Positions 59,044 through 64,000 of a stretch of DNA of 64,000 nucleotides are shown in pieces. The translations under genes and the position numbers were made by a program. Location: positions 128,001 through 192,000 of the forward strand of contig CAXXSL010000001.1 in NCBI GenBank assembly GCA_963675525.2, given 5' to 3'. The DNA is from Anaerohalosphaeraceae bacterium. GTDB lineage: Bacteria > Planctomycetota > Phycisphaerae > Sedimentisphaerales > Anaerohalosphaeraceae. Under the pieces are notes generated by a model, which saw only the letters and a list, made by a program, of their open reading frames with translations, had not been told where the DNA came from and did no database searches. Numbering within the stretch: the first letter of the stretch is position 1; each line of letters starts with the position of its first letter.

Positions 59044-62000
59044 ATGATGAGATATTTTGTCTCAATTGTATTTGTTGCATTGCTTAGCTCATGTTTATTT
59101 GCTGCTGATGTCATTGACTTGTCCGGAACATGGAAACTTGCACTGGACCGCGAGGACGCAGGGCAACAGCAGAACTGGTTTGAGAAAACGCTGCCGGGAC
59201 AAAATGACGTCCAATTGCCCGGTTCGATCCAGGAGCAGGGATACGGTGACCGTCCGGGGCTTAAAACGCCTTGGACCGGCGATCTCAAACACGATGAATG
59301 GGAGGAACCGAGGTACGCACCCTATCGGACTGCTGATAATTTTAAGATGCCGTTCTGGCTTCAGCCGGACAAGTATTACAAGGGTGCTGTATGGTATCAA
59401 AAAACCGTTAAGATCCCGTCTTCGTGGAAGGACAAACACATTACACTGACACTGGAGCGGCCGCACTGGGAAACCCGCGTTTGGGTTGATTCAATGGCTG
59501 CCGGTTCAGCTAATTATCTTTCCGTGGCGCATACGTACGATCTGAGCGATCTCCTGACGCCCGGCGAGCATACGCTGACGATTCGTGTTGACAATCGTGT
59601 GATCATTAACGTCGGCCCCAATTCACACAGTATTTCCGATCATACGCAGTCCAATTGGAACGGGATTGTTGGTAAAATCGAGTTGCATGCCGAAGATGCT
59701 GCTTGGATCGCGGATGTTCAGATTTATCCCGATCTGGATAACAAGGCCCTCAAGGTTATCACACAAGTGGCCAGTTGTTCTGATAAAAAACAGATCTGTC
59801 AACTTGTTCACGAGGTTGCTTATGACGACAGGAAGGTGACCATCCATAAAACGACCGGCATTCAACTGACATCTGCGAGCACGGTCCATGAATGTGTGAT
59901 CCCCTTTACAAAGCCCATCCAAGCATGGGATGAGTTCAACCCAAATCTCTATTCACTGAAAACACAACTGAAAACCAAGTCCGATAGCAATGAGCATGAC
60001 ACCATATTTGGAATGCGTCAAATAACGACTGAAGGCAACCGCATCCTATTGAACGGTCGCCGGGTTTTTATGCGCGGGACGCTGGAATGCTGTATTTTTC
60101 CGAAGACAGGCTATCCCCCAACGGATGTCGATGCATGGAAACGAATTATCAATATCTGCAAAGCACATGGACTGAATCATATTCGTTTCCATTCGTGGTG
60201 CCCGCCGGAGGCGGCGTTTATCGCTGCGGATGAACTGGGCTTTTATTATCAGGTTGAATGTTCCTCGTGGGCCAATCAGGGAGCAAGCATTGGCAATGAA
60301 AAGCCCTTGGACGCATGGCTGTATGATGAAGCCGACGCAATTCTCAAAGCTTACGGAAACCATCCGTCCTTTTTGCTGTTTGCCTGTGGTAATGAACCTG
60401 CCGGTCCGGGAGGCGGAGGTGTTTATCTTGCAAAATGGGTTTCTCATTATCAACAAAAAGATCCCCGCCGGCTTGTAACCGGCGGGTCCGGCTGGCCGCT
60501 GATTGAAGAAAATGATTATCATGTAAGGTCCGAACCTCGTATTCAGCAATGGGGACAGGAACTGAAAAGTCGAATCAACAGCAAGCCACCGGAAACAATG
60601 ACAGACTATCGTGACTTCGTAAATCGTCACCCTGATCACCCGGTAATCTCCCATGAGATCGGCCAATGGTGTGTGTATCCGAATTTCGATGAAATCAAAA
60701 AGTACACAGGCGTTCTGAAAGCAAAAAACTTTGAAGTGTTCCGGGATTTTCTTGCACAGAAAGGCATGTTGGACCAGGCCCATGATTTTCTGATGGCATC
60801 GGGAAAATTACAAACGCTTTGCTATAAAGAAGATATTGAATCGGCCCTGCGGACTCCGGATTTCGGCGGGTTTCAGTTGCTCGATCTGCATGACTTCCCC
60901 GGCCAGGGAACGGCCCTTGTGGGTGTGCTGGATCCGTTCTGGGATTCCAAGCCCTATGTCGCTCCGGCCGAGTATAAGCGTTTTTGTGCCCCCATCGTGC
61001 CGCTGGTTCGCCTGTCTAAACGAATATTTACCTCATCTGATACGCTGTCAGCACAAATTGATGTCAGCCAGTTCGGACCAAGCGATTTGACGGATGTGAA
61101 CATCCGATGGTCGCTTCTGGACACGACAGGAAAGGCAGTCGAGCAAAGTGTTCTTTACAAAGACAAACTGTCCACGGGGGATTTATATACCATTGGCACC
61201 ATTACCGTCCCGCTTTCAGGTTTGCCAACGCCGGCCAGGTACTCACTTGAACTGGCGGTTGAAAACACAGATGCAGTTAATAATTGGGATATCTGGGTGT
61301 ATCCGGAAAGCGTTAATACGAAAATGTCGGAAGATATTACCCTTATGACAACTTTAGATGAAAGCACGGTTTCAAAATTAAATGAAGGCGGCAAAGTTCT
61401 TCTGGCTTTAAATCCGTCACAGGTCAACACCGACGTTAAACTCGGCTTCTCGTCGATTTTCTGGAACACGGCATGGACCAGCGGACAGGCACCGCATACG
61501 TTGGGCATCTTGTGCAATCCAAAGCATCCGGCTCTGGCCGAATTTCCAACTGAATACCACAGCAATTGGCAATGGTCCGAGCCGATCCAAAATGCGGCTG
61601 TGATGGAAATGGATCATCTGCCGACAGAACTGAAACCGATTGTTCAGGTTGTGCCGGACTGGTTTGATCCGAAAAAGCTCGGTTTGGTGTTCGAGGCTAA
61701 AGTCGGTTCCGGTTCGATGCTTGTGTGCAGTGTGGATATTCTAAACGATCTTGATAATCGGCCCGTGGCGAGACAATTAAAACATTCCTTGCTCAACTAT
61801 ATGCACTCCAAGGCATTTAAGCCCAAAAATGAACTGGATGTTAAATTACTTCAGTTACTGTTCCGCCAGCCTGCAATTCTCGAAAAACTAAATGGAAAGG
61901 TTATTCACACAGACTCCTTTGAACCGAGTTATGAAGGTTCGAATGTAATAGATCAGGACCCGAGGACCTTCTGGCATACGCAATGGTTAGATCAAAAACC

Positions 62001-62304
62001 ACCGTACCCCCATGAAATTCAAATTGAACTGGACAAGCCCGTTAATCTCAAAGGTTTAACTTATCTCCCTCGACAGGATGGAAATTCAAACGGTTGGATA
62101 AGAGAGTATACGGTCTATGTCAGCAATACACTCCAGGAGTGGGGCAATCCGGTTGCCCAGGGAATATTCCAAAAGGATGCTTCGCTGAAAACAATTCAAT
62201 TTGAAGAGTCAACGAAAGCCAGGTACATTCGTTTTGTAGCGATCAAAGTATTCGGAGACGATGTCTTTACTTCCATCGCAGAACTGGATTTGGTGATTGA
62301 ATAA
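59044..62304 (+). CDS. Secreted GH2-family glycoside hydrolase with C-terminal F5/8-type C (CBM32-like) domain
   Basis: Signal peptide; IDLSGTW, WNGIVGKIEL, WDEFNPNLY, FGMR, GLNHIRFHSWCPP, NHPSF...GNE, SHEIGQW; IDQDPRTFWHT...YLPRQ...ARYIRF. Confidence 0.85.
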   Translation: MMRYFVSIVFVALLSSCLFAADVIDLSGTWKLALDREDAGQQQNWFEKTLPGQNDVQLPGSIQEQGYGDRPGLKTPWTGDLKHDEWEEPRYAPYRTADNFKMPFWLQPDKYYKGAVWYQKTVKIPSSWKDKHITLTLERPHWETRVWVDSMAAGSANYLSVAHTYDLSDLLTPGEHTLTIRVDNRVIINVGPNSHSISDHTQSNWNGIVGKIELHAEDAAWIADVQIYPDLDNKALKVITQVASCSDKKQICQLVHEVAYDDRKVTIHKTTGIQLTSASTVHECVIPFTKPIQAWDEFNPNLYSLKTQLKTKSDSNEHDTIFGMRQITTEGNRILLNGRRVFMRGTLECCIFPKTGYPPTDVDAWKRIINICKAHGLNHIRFHSWCPPEAAFIAADELGFYYQVECSSWANQGASIGNEKPLDAWLYDEADAILKAYGNHPSFLLFACGNEPAGPGGGGVYLAKWVSHYQQKDPRRLVTGGSGWPLIEENDYHVRSEPRIQQWGQELKSRINSKPPETMTDYRDFVNRHPDHPVISHEIGQWCVYPNFDEIKKYTGVLKAKNFEVFRDFLAQKGMLDQAHDFLMASGKLQTLCYKEDIESALRTPDFGGFQLLDLHDFPGQGTALVGVLDPFWDSKPYVAPAEYKRFCAPIVPLVRLSKRIFTSSDTLSAQIDVSQFGPSDLTDVNIRWSLLDTTGKAVEQSVLYKDKLSTGDLYTIGTITVPLSGLPTPARYSLELAVENTDAVNNWDIWVYPESVNTKMSEDITLMTTLDESTVSKLNEGGKVLLALNPSQVNTDVKLGFSSIFWNTAWTSGQAPHTLGILCNPKHPALAEFPTEYHSNWQWSEPIQNAAVMEMDHLPTELKPIVQVVPDWFDPKKLGLVFEAKVGSGSMLVCSVDILNDLDNRPVARQLKHSLLNYMHSKAFKPKNELDVKLLQLLFRQPAILEKLNGKVIHTDSFEPSYEGSNVIDQDPRTFWHTQWLDQKPPYPHEIQIELDKPVNLKGLTYLPRQDGNSNGWIREYTVYVSNTLQEWGNPVAQGIFQKDASLKTIQFEESTKARYIRFVAIKVFGDDVFTSIAELDLVIE

Positions 62305-62332
62305 GATCGGAACAATTTAAAAGGAGTAACAA

Positions 62333-63940
62333 ATGGAACTGGGCGCGTTTGATGTCATCGTGTTTGTCAGTTTTTTTGCCGTGGTAATCGGGGTCAGTCT
62401 GTTTAAGAGCCGCAAGGAAAAGAGCAGTGAGGATTATTTTCTGGCCGGCCGTGGACTCACCTGGTGGCTTATTGGTATATCAATCGTTGCGGCAAACATC
62501 TCCACCGAACAATTTGTCGGGATGGCAGGCCAAGGCGCCGGAAGCGTGGGGTTGGCCGTCAGTAACTGGCAGCTTTTCGGCAGTGTGGGGATTGTTATTA
62601 TTGCATTCACATTGCTTCCGTTGTTCTTAAAAGCCGGCATCTACACCATGCCCGAATACCTGGAGTACCGTTATAATTCAACCGCACGCGGATTGATGGC
62701 TTTGATCACGGTTATCATCTATGTCGTGGTTCTGTTAACCGCGGTATTGTATTCCGGCGGATTAACCTTGCGAACGATCTTTGGTATGAAACTGGCTCAT
62801 GGTGTCTGGCTGATTGGTTTGATCGCTGCGACCTATACGGTCTGGGGCGGCTTGAAAGCGGTTGCATGGGCTGACCTGTTCCAGGGCCTTGGACTTCTTC
62901 TTGGCGGGATCATCACGTTTTTTCTTGCGCTGAAAGCCTGTGGCGGATGGGAAAGTTTTACCGAAACCAATGCAGACAAACTTCACATGATACTGCCTGC
63001 TGACCATGAAGGGTTGCCGTGGACAGGGGTTGTGTCCGGCATGGGGATCGTGCTTGTTTATTATTGCGGCCTGAACCAGTTTATCGTACAGCGCAACCTC
63101 GCAGCCAAAACACTGCGCGATGGACAGCTTGGTGTTATCTTTGCAGGGGCGTTGTGGATATTGGTTCCGTTTGCGATCGTTATGCCGGGGATTATGTCAT
63201 ATCAGCTTTACAGTGACCAGATGGCATCTCCCGATGAAGCGTTCCCGATGTTGATTCGCAATCTGGTTCCGGGAGGGTTGCGTGGCTTTATGTTTGCTGC
63301 GATCGCAGGAGCAGTGATCAGTTCTCTGGCATCAATGCTGAATTCGGCTTCAACGATATTTACGATGGATGTGTATAACCGCATGTTTCATCGCTATGCC
63401 AGGCAAAAACAACTATTGTTTTTGGGTCGAGTGATGACAATGGTTTTTGTCGTAATCGGCTGTTTGTTGGCTCCGATACTGGACGATCCAAAATATGGCG
63501 GCGTTTTTCAATTCATCCAGCAGTTTCAGGGCTATATCTGGCCGGGCGTTGTCGCGGCATTTCTGTTCGGCATCATCGTCAAAAGGGCCCCCGGTGCGGC
63601 AGGCGTTGCAGCATTGGTATCCGGCTCGATCATTTACGGGGTATTCCAATTCTCTCCACGTTTACTAAGCATATTAGTTAAAAATGCTCCGGGTGTTTCC
63701 GAATGGGCCATTTACGATTCACTACAAAAACTCACATCCTTGCATTTTCTGATCCAGGTGGGTCTGTCATTTGTGCTTGTCATTGCGATCATGGCGATGA
63801 TAACACGAATAAAACCACTTGCAGAACCCAAAAAATTGCCCGTTCGCGAAGACATTGAGATCAAAACCACCACCGAAGTAAAGATAGCAGGTGCATGTGT
63901 TATCGCCGCAGTTGTCGTGTTCTATATCATTTTCTGGTAA
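62333..63940 (+). CDS. Sodium:solute (sugar) symporter, SSS family
   Basis: DYFLAGRGLTWW, AANISTEQFVGMAG, YTMPEYLEYRY, GGLKAVAWAD, NQFIVQRNL, SSLASMLNS. Confidence 0.92.
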   Translation: MELGAFDVIVFVSFFAVVIGVSLFKSRKEKSSEDYFLAGRGLTWWLIGISIVAANISTEQFVGMAGQGAGSVGLAVSNWQLFGSVGIVIIAFTLLPLFLKAGIYTMPEYLEYRYNSTARGLMALITVIIYVVVLLTAVLYSGGLTLRTIFGMKLAHGVWLIGLIAATYTVWGGLKAVAWADLFQGLGLLLGGIITFFLALKACGGWESFTETNADKLHMILPADHEGLPWTGVVSGMGIVLVYYCGLNQFIVQRNLAAKTLRDGQLGVIFAGALWILVPFAIVMPGIMSYQLYSDQMASPDEAFPMLIRNLVPGGLRGFMFAAIAGAVISSLASMLNSASTIFTMDVYNRMFHRYARQKQLLFLGRVMTMVFVVIGCLLAPILDDPKYGGVFQFIQQFQGYIWPGVVAAFLFGIIVKRAPGAAGVAALVSGSIIYGVFQFSPRLLSILVKNAPGVSEWAIYDSLQKLTSLHFLIQVGLSFVLVIAIMAMITRIKPLAEPKKLPVREDIEIKTTTEVKIAGACVIAAVVVFYIIFW

Positions 63941-64000
63941 ACGGTACTCAAGGCATAAAATGTTTTATATCAAAAAATTTCTATTTATCACAACAACCTC

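Noticed and set aside
49249..60783. Long antisense ORFs 49249..50025, 57738..58457 and 60046..60783
   Set aside because: They lie wholly opposite well-supported genes and have no motifs of their own.

Overview
This 64 kb window is bacterial DNA, most likely from an anaerobic planctomycete (Phycisphaerae/Sedimentisphaerales-like). That placement is inferred from PEP-CTERM proteins, an H-X9-DG prepilin-like protein, dockerin-like DxNxDxxV...WL repeats and LamG/CotH surface proteins. Layout: (1) 1-5.2 kb, two minus-strand secreted multidomain proteins. (2) 5.9-30.1 kb, a Wzx/Wzy-type surface polysaccharide locus with 3-amino-3,6-dideoxyhexose synthesis genes, glycosyltransferases, a PEP-CTERM protein, Wzc, an exosortase and a priming sugar transferase; the last two each carry a degenerate nucleotidyltransferase-like plus beta-helix N-terminal module. 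(3) 30.2-34.2 kb, a cobalamin riboswitch heading a three-gene unit (PEP-CTERM protein, beta-propeller-dockerin protein, H-X9-DG pseudopilin) with no BtuB/BtuCDF: a candidate non-canonical B12 capture system. (4) 35-41.5 kb, a variable patch with REP-like palindromes, an IS remnant, a HEPN-like gene and a BglII-like/NERD chimera. (5) 41.5-50.1 kb, housekeeping genes (rplU, class IV aminotransferase, trxA, murJ, ferredoxin, tRNA-Glu, sulfatase maturase) and a candidate sRNA. (6) 50.4-64 kb, a giant CotH/LamG/lamin-tail protein and an AraC-controlled UroD-family/GH2/SSS sugar unit. Several local frameshift clusters look like long-read indel errors. All family assignments come from motif recognition by eye; no searches were run.
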